From Neocallimastix sp. 'constans' (taxonomy: Eukaryota): a DNA stretch of 64,000 nt. The DNA is taken from NCBI GenBank assembly GCA_050613775.1, contig JBODTK010000152.1:186001-250000 (forward strand), written 5' to 3'. Positions 28,540 to 43,271 of this stretch are shown here, piece after piece; the stretch's first letter is position 1, and every line of letters starts with the position of its first letter. Under the pieces are notes generated by a model. It ran no database searches and was not told the DNA's origin. It worked only from the letters and a program-made list of their open reading frames with translations. Position numbers and translations under genes: made by a program.

Positions 28540-29498
28540 AATCTATATCTAATATCAGAGAGGACATAAATGAATATGAAAATGAAGGTAAAACATTTAT
28601 AATTGAAACATGTATAAGAAATAATATTCCTATAATAAAATATTTAGTAGAAAAAGATGTTGATTGAAATTTTACTGATACTAATGGATATAGTACTATA
28701 TTTTATATAATGAATATTCTGATTCTTTATGATATGTAATTATAAATAAGAAAAATATAAATGGAATTAACAGAAGTGGTGAAACGCCATTATTATTTGG
28801 TTTATGCCTGTGAAAATGGCAATCTTATCAATGTTGAAAAAAAATTAATTAATAATAGTGCCGATATCAATATAGCAAATAATAATGGTATTAATGTATT
28901 AATGTTGCTACTACATGAAATGGCAAGATATTGTTGAATTTCTACTTTAAAATGATTTGGATGTGGATGTCATTAAAGAAGATAATAATAATAATAGTAC
29001 TTCATTACATTATGCCTACCAAAATCAAAATGAAACAATTATAAAATATTTAATTGAAAATGGAGTCAATGTAAATGTCTGTAATAATAATGGTGATACA
29101 CAGTTGTTTTATATTTGTCAAAATAAAAATATGCATCATAATATGAAAATTATATACTATTTAATTAATAATGATGTTGATAAAATGAGAAATATAAAGA
29201 ATAATAACAATAAAAGTAAAAAGAATAGTATTAATAATATCATTGAAGAGATTAAAGAGAATGTTGTCGAAGATGAAAATGAAGAGAATAAAGATATAAA
29301 CAAAACCAAAAAAGGAAAGAATGAATTTTGATATTAGTTTAAATAGAATAAAATGAAAAGAAGAAGAAGTTTAATAATCAAAATAATAATTAAAATGAAA
29401 AAAAATAAAAAAAAAAAAAAAGAAAGATTCTTTTAATTTTCTTAGGCTCATAAATGCAGCTAAAATAAAAAAATCAAAAGAATTCAATTATTTAAATG

Positions 29499-29536
<38 letters not shown>

Positions 29537-30200
29537 CTTTTAAATTTCTTAGGCTCATAAATGCAGCTAAAGTAAAAAAAATCAAAAGAATTCAATTATT
29601 TAAATGAAAAAAAAAAAAAAAAAAATAAAAAAAAATAAAAAAAAAATAATGAAATTAATATAATAGATAGACAAAATCATACACTATTAATTTATTCATG
29701 TAAATTATAAATAGTGATAAAGATAGAAGAATTTTAAATTTTATTCTAAACTTAGTGGGAGGGGTACAAGTATTAATTATCAAGATAATGATAGAAATAG
29801 AGTTTTATTATTTTCATTTTATCTGGATTATTAAACATAATAAAATATTTAATAGAAAACGGAGCCGATATACATTGTATATTCTAGGAGAAAACAAAAC
29901 TTAATCAAAACAAAGATATTGTTAAATATTTAGTTCAAATGAGAAATGGATATTAATATTGGTAATAGAAGTGATATTGTCTCTTTAATATATTCTTAAA
30001 ATAATAATATGATTAAGATAATTAATTAAAAATTAGATCTTCTTTTTAATTCGTTATAGTCCCCTATTATATAAACAAAATAATGACAGAGATAATCCAT
30101 TATTATCTGGATTATAATTTTGAAAATATCATGTATTTAATTGATCAAGGAACCGAATTTAATATTTCTAATAATGAAAGAAATACTGTATTACATGTTT
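28540..30200 (+). pseudogene. Degenerate ankyrin-repeat gene
   Basis: Fragments GKTFIIETCIRNNIPIIKYLVEKDVD*, YACENGN...SADINIANNNG, TSLHYAYQNQNETIIKYLIENGVNVN and IKYLIENGADI, broken by stops and frameshifts. Confidence 0.8.
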
Positions 30201-30442
30201 AACCTGTTTCAATTGTTCTAGAAATTTATTAATTATTCAAAATTTAATAGGATCGGTCATTCAATTTAAATTTGCAAAAGCTATATGTATAATATTTAAA
30301 TATTAAAAATTATACTATTATTTATATAATACTATTTTAAAAAATAATAATAATAAATAAAAATAAAAATAAAAATAAAATAGATAAAAATATATAAAAA
30401 TAATTAATTTAATAAGAATAAAATAAATTATAATTTATTGAT

Positions 30443-30482
<40 letters not shown>

Positions 30483-30666
30483 TTAAAAAAATTTTCTTTG
30501 ATATTATTATTATTAATATTATTATTAATAAACTAAAACAAAAGTTAATAATCACGTATACATAGCTCCTATGTTTTAATAGTTTATTATTTAACGCAAA
30601 ATTTCCAAATAAAAAATAAAAAGAATTAACATTATAAAATTATAATAATAAAGGTATTAATATATG

Positions 30667-30712
<46 letters not shown>

Positions 30713-31017
30713 TTAGTAATAATACTTAAATTTCTAGTTCGTTTTTAAGAACGAATATGATATAATTATTAAATATTTAAGTTTTTATTATCGAAATTAA
30801 TATATTAATTAATTTTAATTTATTTTTTTTTTCGTCCAATATAATAAAAAATAATTTTAATCTTTAAAATAATTTTAAAACACAAAAAATTTAAGTAAAT
30901 TAACAATATGTATTGGTTAATAAAATTATATATCTTAAATAAAAATAAAAATAATCATTTTAAAAAATTAAAAATTAAAGAATAGGTAATTGTTTAACTG
31001 CTGTTACTTTTCTGGAA

Positions 31018-31051
<34 letters not shown>

Positions 31052-31338
31052 TACCAATTTTTGAAAAAAGAAGAGTTTTAGTAATATAAACCTACTATTA
31101 TATATTAATATTAATATTAACCTTATTATAATTTAATATTATCAACAAATATTTCTTTATTATTTAATTATTATTCTATTATTTATTAAATAAGAGAAAT
31201 AGTTCAGAATATATTATATTAATATAACATTTTTTAGAAATAAATAGTATATATATATATATATATATATATAATAATAATAATCAACTTTAAAATGTTT
31301 ATTAAATAAAAATTAACAATTATAGAATAGATTGAAAA

Positions 31339-32919
31339 ATGGAAGATATTTCAAATAATAAAATTGCACCAATAAATGTTATTGCATATAAGTATAATAG
31401 CATAAACAATGAATGGGAGCCCCTAAATAATGAAAAAAGAATATCATCATATTATTTTGATATAATATTACCTAAAGAATTTAATACAAATTGCAATGAT
31501 AAAAATGATATTTATTATTTGCCTTCAAATATACCATACAATAAAGTTTTATTCTATAAAGAAATAGAAAAGAAACAAAGTAAAATATTTCCATATCCAG
31601 CAGTAGTAATTTTTAATAAATTAATAGAAACAACACTAATTACTGTAGAAAAATTCTTTCCATCAAAAATATTTTTAGAAAAAGGAAATTCATATTTTTG
31701 TTTGCTGCGAACTGAATATTTAACACCTATCCTTGGTTTTCAGTTTACATCATCTATTCTTTTAGAAAGATTTATAACACAATTTGAAAAAAATCTTTCT
31801 TTTTTAAAAACTAATCAATTATTTTCCTCTTTTCTAACAAAAAATCAAACAAATAATATCTATAGTAATAACTCATTTAATGATGAATCCCCAATATTGC
31901 ATGATATAAAAATACCTCTGCAAAATAATGATACTAACTACAACATTATAATAAGCATTATAAAAAATAATCAGTCTAATAATAAATCAACCTCAAGTAA
32001 TTTAAATCAAGAATATAACGGTAAATCTCTTTTTCAATATCCTTCAAATTATGGAACAATAATGGCATCATCAACCTTATCCAATCATAAAACAATAGAA
32101 TTTTTTGTATTAATGCTTAGTAAAGATCTTGATTATTATAAAAATATTCCTTTATCAATTTTTCCTATTCAAAAAATTTTTCTTGCATCTAAGATTCTTT
32201 ATAATAAAAAGGAATGGACAGGTTTGCCGCTTTTTGAGAAAAATGAACTGTTTTTAGAAGTAAATCCTTTAGAAGAAATACAGCTCGAAAAGTATCTTCA
32301 ACCCTACAAGCTTCTATACAAATTTTGGAACCAATACATATATCAAAATAATCATTTAATAAATAATATTATATATTTTTCATTAAAATTGACCTCTACA
32401 AAGCTTTTAAATAATATATCCAAAATATTTAATGCATTAAATAAACAATTATGGATATTTCATCATGAAGTTTTTCATTTTATCATGTATAGAATAAAAA
32501 ATTTAAATAACTTTATTGATTACAATAATTATTTTTCTTTATTTAAACAAAATATTCTAAAAAATCCATATTTATTAGAAATTATTTCAAAAATTTTGTT
32601 AAATAACTCCAATTCTAATAATAAAACACAAAATATTAAAAATTTAAAAGATGATTATACAATAAATATAATAAAAGAAAATATTATTTATATATCTAAT
32701 TTTAAAAGTTTTAAAAATTTATGGTATTCATATTTACCTGCGAAATTTCAATATCATCAAAACCATGAAAGCAATATAAATAATACAATTACTAGTATTC
32801 AATCTTTATCAAATGGTATTATACTAAAATTATGCATTTATATTAATATTTATATTTAATTAATATCATTAATATCATTAATTTTCAATATAATTATTCT
32901 ATTTATTTATTTTTTTTTT

Positions 32920-32955
<36 letters not shown>

Positions 32956-33403
32956 TGATAAACTGAAAACTTTTATTAGATAAAAATACTAATTAGAATC
33001 ATTAATTTTTTTTTAAAAATATTAAAACAATTGCAATTAAAATAATTATTACATAAAATATTGTATAATAGACCAACTAGTTGAGGATCACCAGGAAAAT
33101 CTCTTTTATCAAGGATTTGTATCTTCATATGCAATGACTTCATTTGATGAAGATCTTGCGGAAACTTGGGCCTTTATTTTAACATATACAAATCGATTAG
33201 AAAATTACCTAAATTATAATAATCCAACCATATTAAATGATGACCTTTTGAAAATATTAAACAATATTAATATATTTTATCAACAAGAAAAAGGAGCATT
33301 CTGTTTAAATAACAATAAATCAATACTTCCTCTAAATGAATATCAATTATTATGGAACAAAATTACACTAATACTCTCTTATGTCTTTTTAAACATAAAT
33401 TAA
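31339..33403 (+). CDS. EVH1/PH-like N-terminal domain fused to a zincin metallopeptidase (HExxH); exons 31339-32815 and 33072-33403
   Basis: Phase-consistent intron G|gt...ag|AC. IFHHEVFHFI at ~32455-32484; GFVSSYAMTSFDEDLAETWA in exon 2. N-terminal YKYNSINNEWEP...LGFQFTS...ERFITQF. Confidence 0.7.
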
Positions 33404-33644
33404 TAAATACATATATGTATACATAAAATAGTAAAATTTTTAAATCAATTGTATAACTAAATAAATATAAAAATAAAAAAATAAAATTTATATTATTTAT
33501 TTATCCATTAATTTATTTATTCATTTATATTTATTTATTTATATTTATATTTAATTATTTGTACCTCATCAATATTATATAAATTTTTTTTTCTATATAT
33601 TTTTATTATCATTATTATTATTAATGTTATAATTATTATATTTA

Positions 33645-33790
33645 TTATAATTATTATGAATATATATGAATATATATAATTCTATAGGAAAAAAAATTAA
33701 AATGAAATCAAATTATATTTATTATAATTATTATGAATATATATGAATATATATAATTCTATAGGAAAAAAAATTAAAATGAAATCAAAT
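33645..33790. repeat. Tandem duplication of a ~73-bp unit
   Basis: ATTATAATTATTATGAATATATATGAATATATATAATTCTATAGG...GAAATCAAATT occurs twice. Confidence 0.85.
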
Positions 33791-34076
33791 TAACTATTAT
33801 CATTTTATTATATAAATAAAATTATATCAGCAATGATTTATAATTTTTTTATTTCTTCTCATTATTTGTTTTGTTATTAACATGTTACCTTTTAAACAAA
33901 AAATATTTATATTCAGTTTTATATATAATTTTATATGGACAAAAAAAAAAAAATTTAAAGCAAATGATAATGATTGTATATATTTAAGTCTTTAAATAAT
34001 CATTATATTAAAATAATATTCTATTTAATATTAATTTTATATTACTAATAAATAATTAATAAAAACAGTTTTAAAC

Positions 34077-34123
<47 letters not shown>

Positions 34124-34897
34124 ATAAAAAAAATTATATTTTTGAAAAATAAACATTTTAATTATTTTAATACAATTTCGATAATTTTTTAATTAAAAGA
34201 ACGAAATAAATAAAAAATATTTACATAATTCAACTAATTTGAATAGTAGTAAAAGTCTTTTTTTTTAAAAAAAATATATATATATATATATATATATATT
34301 ATTTATATCTTATAGTAATATAAAAAGATTTTAATATATTTTGATATAAGTAATTATATTTTATAACATCTATCATATAAAAAATATATTATTTCATATT
34401 TTGTATTATTTAATGTCATTAATTATAAAATAAAAATCAAAATTATATACAGTGTGTATAATAATAATAGATATATATCTTTTTTTTTTTTTTTTTTTTT
34501 TGTTATTTTTTTTTTGATTGTTTGTTCTTAAAAAAAGTTAATTAAAAATAAATAATATTATTATATTTTAATAAAAAGTTTTAAAAATTAAAATATAATA
34601 TGTTAATTAAAAATAAATAATATTATATTTTAATTTATAAAACTTTTAATATTAGCACGTTATTCCATAGCCTCTATAAGTATATAATTTATAAAAAAAA
34701 ATAATTATTGGCTTATTTTTTTTTATTAATAAAATAATATCTTATTGATTTTATCACTTATATGGATTAGGCATATATATATATATATTTTTTTTTTCAT
34801 AAAGTGTGATTAATTAAATCATAATTAAATTATAAAATATTTGAAATTTGGTTGTTTTTTAAATATTAAAAAAAAAAAAAATAAAACTTAGATGATG

Positions 34898-34929
<32 letters not shown>

Positions 34930-35058
34930 TTTTTTCAAACTTGGAAAACAATGGTCTAACTATTGTACGTATAGTTAATAATATCAATACCAATTTTGAT
35001 TATACTAATATTTTTATTTTACTTATTTATTTTATTTATTTATCTATTTATTTATCAT

Positions 35059-35121
<63 letters not shown>

Positions 35122-38100
35122 TTATTGGCTATATATTTTATTATATTTATGAATAAATAATTTTATAATTAATGGCTTATTATTTACTAGTTTTAGTATC
35201 ATTGGAGATAAATATAAAAATATTTTTTGTATATATCATGCCGTAAGATATTAAAAAATCAATATATTTAGTAATATATTATAATATATTATATATACGT
35301 TAATTTACATCTCATATATAAATTTAATTAATTAAAATTATCTCCAAAGAATAAGAAAAAAAAAAGTTAATTGAATTGATAAATGCTTAAAAGTCAAATT
35401 TTTATTGCTTGAAGAATATAAAATAATTAATAAAATTATAAATAATTTATAAATATATATAACTTATAATTCGAATATTAATATTTAAACAATGTAATAT
35501 AATCATGGGGAATAAATTATTTATTCTTTGTATAATTATTAAAGTAAAAAATTCACATACTTCATTATTAAATACTTTAATTGAATACATGAATAAACTA
35601 AAACTTTTATTTAAACTACCTCAAACTTATTCACTTCATATTAACTTATATTTTATCATTATTTTAAAATTACTGTATAACTTTACATATTTTATATATT
35701 AAATATCTTCATTTTTTTAACCAATTTTTTGATTAATAAATAATATATATTTATTATAATTGTTAATTAATAATATATAATATTTATAATCAAGAAATAT
35801 TGCCAATAATACTTCTATTTTTAAGCACTTTAAATAGTATTATTTTATTATATAAATTACTATTGTTAATTTTTATTATTTTTTTGTTATTATCATTTTC
35901 ATTTATTTATTTATTTATTATTATTTTTATTATTATTTATAATTATTAATTATTATTATTATTATTTATAATTATAAATCATCTTTTATATATTAATATA
36001 TAATAATATTTTTTAAATACAATTAAAAAATAGTATCAATTTTAAACAATAAATTACTATTATTGATCATTTTTATTATTTTGTTATTATCATCATCATC
36101 ATTTGTTTATTTATTTATTTATTTATTACTATATTACTATTATTTCTATTATTATTAATTATTATTTATTATAATTTATTATTATTATAAATTATCTTTT
36201 ATATTAATATAAAATATATTAAATTTTATTTTGTTAATATATTATGATTATAAAAATTAATTATTTATATCACAAAAATAAATAGATTAAATATATTTCA
36301 TAACAAATAGGAGTTAATATATAAATATATAATTATTGATTAAGTTATTTAATATTATATTATTATATTTTAAATATATTAAAATATATTTAGTTCATTT
36401 TATAAAATATTTATTCAATATAATACATTGAATAATATATTATATATATTGAAAAAATGTAGTTATATTTGGTATTTAATATAATTAAATAAAATAAATG
36501 ACTTAATTTATTAATTTATTTGTTTTTGATAATTTTATTAAAATATATCATAAATAGTGTTACAATACAATTTATTTCACAATATACAATTTTATATCAT
36601 AGATATATTAAATTATAATCAATATAAATTATAATTAATATATAAAATACATATAATAATAATAAATTTTATATTATTTTTAATTATAATTTAAGATTAA
36701 ATATATTAAACTTAATTTAATAATGTTTTTATAATAATTATTTTTAATTACCGTAATTAAAAATTAATAATACAAATAATAGAATCAATATAAATTAATA
36801 TTTATAATATAATAATAAAGTTATTTATTTAAATAAAAGGTTATATTCATTTATTTAAATATTAGTAACTTTATTTATTACTTTTATTACTTTATACTTG
36901 TTTTATTTTCATATTACTATTTAAATATTATTAGTTTAATTATTCATTTTACAAAAAAAATTGAAAAAAAAAAATTTTTTTTTATTATTTACCTAAAATA
37001 AAGTTTAATTTTTTTTTTTTTTTAATTTTTTTTTTTTTAAATTTAAAAGAGAAAATTTAAAAAATAATAAAATTAAAAATATTACTAAATAATTTAAGAT
37101 TGATTTGTTAAAGATTAAAATATTAATAAAAGATAAAATAGAAGAAAGGTATTAGAAAAAAATTAATCAAAGGATATAAAAATTGTAAAAATAAAAATAA
37201 CAAAATTATAATAAAAAGAGGTGATTTTAATTTATTTTATTCTTTCTATTTATATTAAGACAAAGTTTACTTCTAATATTGCAAATAACAATAAAATTAA
37301 ATATTATAAACAAAAAATTATTTTTAATTGGTAAAAAAAATTATTCAGTTTTATTAAATATAATTGTAATTAGATATCATTAAGTTAAATTAAACTTAAT
37401 GTTCAGTTTTATGTTTTCTAAAAAAAAAAAAAAGAAAAAAAAAACATTATCGATAGAAAGATAAATAATAATAAAATATAATTAAAAAAAAAATAAAAAA
37501 TAAAAAAAAAAAAAAAAAAAAAAAAACGTAATAAAATCAATATTATTAATATTTAATTGATTTATAATAATCATTAATTTAAATAATAATAATAAAATAT
37601 AATTAAATAAAGAAAAACATAATAAAATCAATAATATTATTATTCAATTGATTTGTAATAACCATTAATTTAAATAATTATATACAATTCAATATATTTT
37701 TTAAAACAAATATTAAATATATTTTAATATATATTTGTTTAATATTTTAAAATTTTATATAATTTAAATTAAAATTTAATAATCTCTTATTTACATATTT
37801 ATTAATTTTTAATTAATAATACTATAGAAGAGTAATGACTTTGTGAATTAGAAAAGTTAGTAATAAAGTCCTTTTCCAAAATTAATACCCAAATTTAAAA
37901 ATTATATATTTTAATAAAAAATATTGCTTTATTATTTTTGGAAAGTTAAATATTATAATCAAAATTTGTCAGTACATATTTTAAAAATGAAAAAGTTGAA
38001 TAGATAAAAAAGTAAAAAGGCTTGATAAATACTTTAATATTATAAAACCTATTAAATAAACTTTTTAACAAATTAAAAATTATAGAACTTTAGAAAAAGA

Positions 38101-38547
38101 AAAATAAACAAAAGGTAATATAAATGTTTAAAATTAAAAGTTTATATAATAAAGTATAATACTTTTTTTATTTAAATAGATAAATATATTATGCTTTATA
38201 AATATATATATTTCGAATTAAATGTTTTAATACCAATAAAAAATATTCTATATTACTAAAATTATTCTTATATATGATTAAAATTAATCTATTATTTATA
38301 AAAATAATAAGTGTTGTACAATAAATTATTTAATAACAAAATTAGAATAACATTATAATATATAAACTAAAAAGTATGTTCTAATTATAATAAAATTTAA
38401 TCCTCTATTTATATTAATATAAATAACTCTAAATATAAGAAATATATTATTAATATATATATAATTTTTTATTTTTATTTTTTATTTTCATTTATTAATA
38501 GAAATATATAATAAATTAAGTTAAAAAAAAATTAACAATTAATAAAA

Positions 38548-40307
38548 ATGAAGATTGTTATTAGTTTATTATTTTTTATACTTTCCTTTATTTGGAATAC
38601 TTCATATACTAGAGCACAAGATGAAAATTTAAAAAATTTTAGAATTGTAAAAGATTATTTATTTACACCGGATAATTATTACGATGTGATAAAGTACGAA
38701 TTTGAAATTACTCCTTCTCGTAATGTTGGTAAATTTGAATATTATATATTTTCAGATAAAGGTGTATATACTCTTGTAATGGATAGAGCTGAATTTGAAC
38801 TATGGGAAAATAAATATTTCGATGAATGGCTTGATGATCCAAGTCATGATATTAATAAATATACAAGTTATATAGATACAGATCATAATAAATTCATTTG
38901 TCAGGTAAAAATTATATAATGAATATATGTATTAATTATATATATATTTAAAAAAAAATTAATATAATTTCATAATGTATTAATATTTTGTTATTTGCAT
39001 TGATAATAGTCTTTTACTGCATCATGTATATCAGATATTAGTTTTCCGGAAAGGGAGTTATATTTTGTAAACATAAAAAATCCAACATTTGAAAGTAATA
39101 GATATGTTTTCGGAGATAATTTTCAAAAATTTAAAGATGATCCAGCTGCAGCAAGATTAATATATGATCCAGTAAACCCTCCAACACCAGCTACAAATGA
39201 AAATGTGTCTTCCATCTTGAAAACACCCACTAATACAGTTGCAAATCAATCACCAAATTCAAATAATTCTTTGGGTACTGATGAGAATGGAATAAGTGAT
39301 TCAGTGTCAAATAGTAAAATTGATGGTAAAGATAATAATAATTTGTGGTGGTGGTTAATAGTTGGAGTTATCATTCTTTTAGTCTTATTAGCCATATTAG
39401 TATATGGTTTAATAAATTGTAATAGAAAAGATAAAATGTGTGAAATTAATGAATTATCAGATGAAGATTCATTGGGTCAAAATAACGTAAGTGGAAGTGA
39501 AACTGAAGTAAAGGCTATTGCTTATAATCCACATCATTCAGTCAAACGTGTAGCATTTAATTACAAAACAGATGATATTAAGTTTGAAAGAGATAATATA
39601 GTTGAAATAACTAAACGTTATAATGATGGATGGGTAAGGATATCATTTAAAAATTTTACAATATTTTTATTTAAAAAAAAAAATAGTAAATAAAGATAAA
39701 AAACAAGAAACGAATAAAAAAAAAAATTAAAGGTATATATAGATTTTGAATAATAAAATTAATGTTAAATAAATATTATTATAAAATATTTATATATAAA
39801 TAATTAATATAGGCAAGTGCAATAAATCCAAAGGATGGAAAAGAATGTATCGTTCCATTAATTATTTTAGAAGGAGATTTAAGTGAAGATTTATCAAATA
39901 TTCCATTGGAAGAAAAAAGTTCAAAGAATATATTAGCTACACCAGAAAGCTTATTTGAAAATAAATATATTTCACAAAAAGATTATGAAGAAATGAAAAG
40001 AAATGATGAGTGGATTAAAAAGGTTAAATTAATGAAGCAGAGTAAACCAGAATCAACACATAATATGGTAATTGGTGATAATGATCAATTTAAATACATT
40101 TCACATCCAATGCAAGAAACTAAAGTAGAGAATGGTATAGATACTAATCAATCAACTATGATTAATAATAGAAAGTCAATGGTAGCTACTGTAGTAAATT
40201 CAAATACAGAATTATTAAATGCAGATCATATATTAGAAGTTTGTGAAGAAGAAGATTATGAATATGAACCAGAAGAAGGAATAATAATAAAAGAAGATTC
40301 AAATTAA
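38548..40307 (+). CDS. Type I membrane protein: signal peptide, ectodomain, TM helix, cytoplasmic SH3; exons 38548-38904, 39010-39633, 39813-40307
   Basis: Signal MKIVISLLFFILSFIWNTSYTRA; TM LWWWLIVGVIILLVLLAILVYGLI; SH3-like DDIKFERDNIVEITKRYNDGW|ASAINPKDGKECIVP. Introns in phase. Confidence 0.8.
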
Positions 40308-42115
40308 ATTATTATTATTATATATTTAAAAAAATTAGAAAATAAAATAAAAAAAAAAATATAATATTAATAGTTAATATACCTAAAAATTTAATTTTTT
40401 TTTTTAAAAAAAAAAAATACAAACACACATACACACAATAGATATATGGAAGAAATAAAATAATATAGTATAAACATATGAGAAAAATATATGTTTTAAT
40501 AGTTTTAAACATTAGTTTAAATTAGAAGAAAAAAAAGTTTAGTTTCAAATAATAATAATTTAAATGCCATTATATATATATAAATTCTTTCAATAAAAAA
40601 AAAAAAAAAAAAAAAAAAAAGTTATTTACCTTTTTTTTTTTATTTACATATATATATAATTCGAGTATTTATTTTTTACATTTTTCCTTCACAGATTTAA
40701 TAGCACTGATGCTAGTTATATTTTTAACTATTTAATGGATTTATTATTATTTTTATTCATTATTATTATAATTAATTAAAAACTTGTTAAATAGATAAAA
40801 TATTATACATGCCAATTTTGATAACTTTATTTTTTTTTTAAAAAAAAAAAAAAATTCAATGAAGGTAATTAAGAAGTAAAAATTTTTTTTTTACAAATTA
40901 TATATTCATGATATATTATATATATTATATATATTATTATAATATTAATAAGCTATTCAATTTATAAAAAAAATCTATATAAAGAATATTTTTTATGTAA
41001 AAATTTAAAAGGCTTTTTTTTAAAAAAAAAATAAAAATAAAAATAATAATAATAATAATAATAATAAATCACATTAGAATAAAATAGAATAAAATTACTT
41101 CATATTAATAAATATAATAATAATAAACTAAATAAAATAAAAAATATAAAAAAATTTGTAAAAGTTTTAATAAAAAATATAAAATAAAAAATATAAAAAA
41201 ATTTGTAAAAGTTTTAATAAAAAATATCAATTTCATTTATCATATATATTATTAAATAAAATATTTAGATGTACTGATAATTAATAATTGATAATTAATA
41301 TTAAATATAATTTATTACTATATAAATTATTATTTATTTTTTTATTTATTATTTTATTTTATTTTATTTTATTTTATTTTATTTTATTTTATTTTATTTT
41401 ATTTTATTTAATTTTTTTTATTAATATATTTATTTTTTAATATAAAAATATATACAGTATTTATAGAACATAAATAATTTTAAAAAATGTTTATATGAAA
41501 TTTACAAAGAAAAAAAAAAAGAAAAAGTATATAATCAAAGTATATTTTAATATTTAAAAATAATTGAAGTATAATAAAATAATATATCAAAATATAAGTA
41601 TGATTATGTATGATATATTTTTTATATAATATACTATTAATAAATTATTATTAAAAAAATATTTACACAAATTATAAAATTAAAATAATAAAGCAATATT
41701 TAAAACAAAAAATAAAATAATAAAAAAATAAAAAATAATAAAAAAAAAAAATAAGTTGAAAAAAAATTTTTTTTTCTATATTTATATTAAATAAAAGAAA
41801 TATTTTTATTTAATTAAATTATTAACCTACGAATATTTATTATAGGATTTAAAATGATAAAATAAATAATATACATTTGAATATATAATAAACTAAAGAA
41901 TATCAAAATATATCGTTATATCAATATAATTCTTAACATTTATAGTTGATTCAAAGATAAAATTTTATTATATACCTTTATATATATATATATTATTAAT
42001 TATAACATATATATTTAAATTAATTATTATTTTATCTATTATAAAAAAAAATAAATTGTAATCATCTTGCTTTTTATTATATATATACACTATTATTTTA
42101 ATGTCTATTGATATC

Positions 42116-42118
<3 letters not shown>

Positions 42119-42169
<51 letters not shown>

Positions 42170-42180
42170 CATTATTATTA

Positions 42181-42276
<96 letters not shown>

Positions 42277-42281
42277 GTATT

Positions 42282-42330
<49 letters not shown>

Positions 42331-42362
42331 GTATTAGTATTAGTATTATTATTATTATTATT
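42119..42362. repeat. (ATT)n microsatellite with ATC/AGT variants
   Basis: Direct observation. Confidence 0.95.
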
Positions 42363-43271
42363 TAATAATTTTTTTTCTTGATGTTACTATTATTAATATA
42401 AAACTATGTATAAATAGCGACCAGTTAATTTTATTGGTCCAATTATTCTTATATATTTATTAAATATAATAACACTTTTTCAATTCTTAATTCTTTTACA
42501 TTAATAGTCAAATTTTTTTTTATTGTAAAATCAAAATAAAATTAAGTTAATAAAATTAGGTAAATTATAATCATGTAAAATTTTAATAAATTTAATAAAA
42601 AAAAGAATATTCTAAAAGTTATAACAATTGTAATATATTTTAATACACAATAAAATTTATTTTTAATGGAATTTTTTTTTTTTAAACAAAAAAAATTCTT
42701 CATAAAATTAATAATAATAGTAATATCAATTTTTTTTTTTTTTTACATATAACCTATAGATGGAGTAGGGTTAATTTAGTCTTATTAATTGGAATAATTT
42801 AAGCCCCATATCAAGAAATATTATTAATTCAACCCTAAAATACTACTTGAACTCTTTCTTTAAACAAAATAATTTTACTTTAATTTATTTACTTAAATAT
42901 ATGTATATTATCATTCATTCATTCACTAAATAGTCATTATTTTAAATTAGAATAATATTAATATTATGTTTATTATGTATAATTATTATATTTATTATAT
43001 AATCATTTAATAAATCAGAATAAAATTCTTTAATTTTTTTATTAAAAATTTAAATTATTTGAATAAAATTCTTTAATTTTTTTATTAAAAATTTAAATTA
43101 TTTGAAGTTGTAATATTTATTATTGTTAGTATATTTTATTGATTTGAATGAGGTCTTTTTGAATAAAATTTTATATATTATAATATATAAAAAGCTTATA
43201 AAGTTAAAATTTAATTAATATATAATTACACAATAATAATATTCATTTTAATTTCATTGCTAGATATAATC

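Noticed and set aside
42108..42365. Poly-Ile/Tyr/Leu ORFs (also 51192-51482, 51211-51465, 34941-35156)
   Set aside because: Microsatellite translations.
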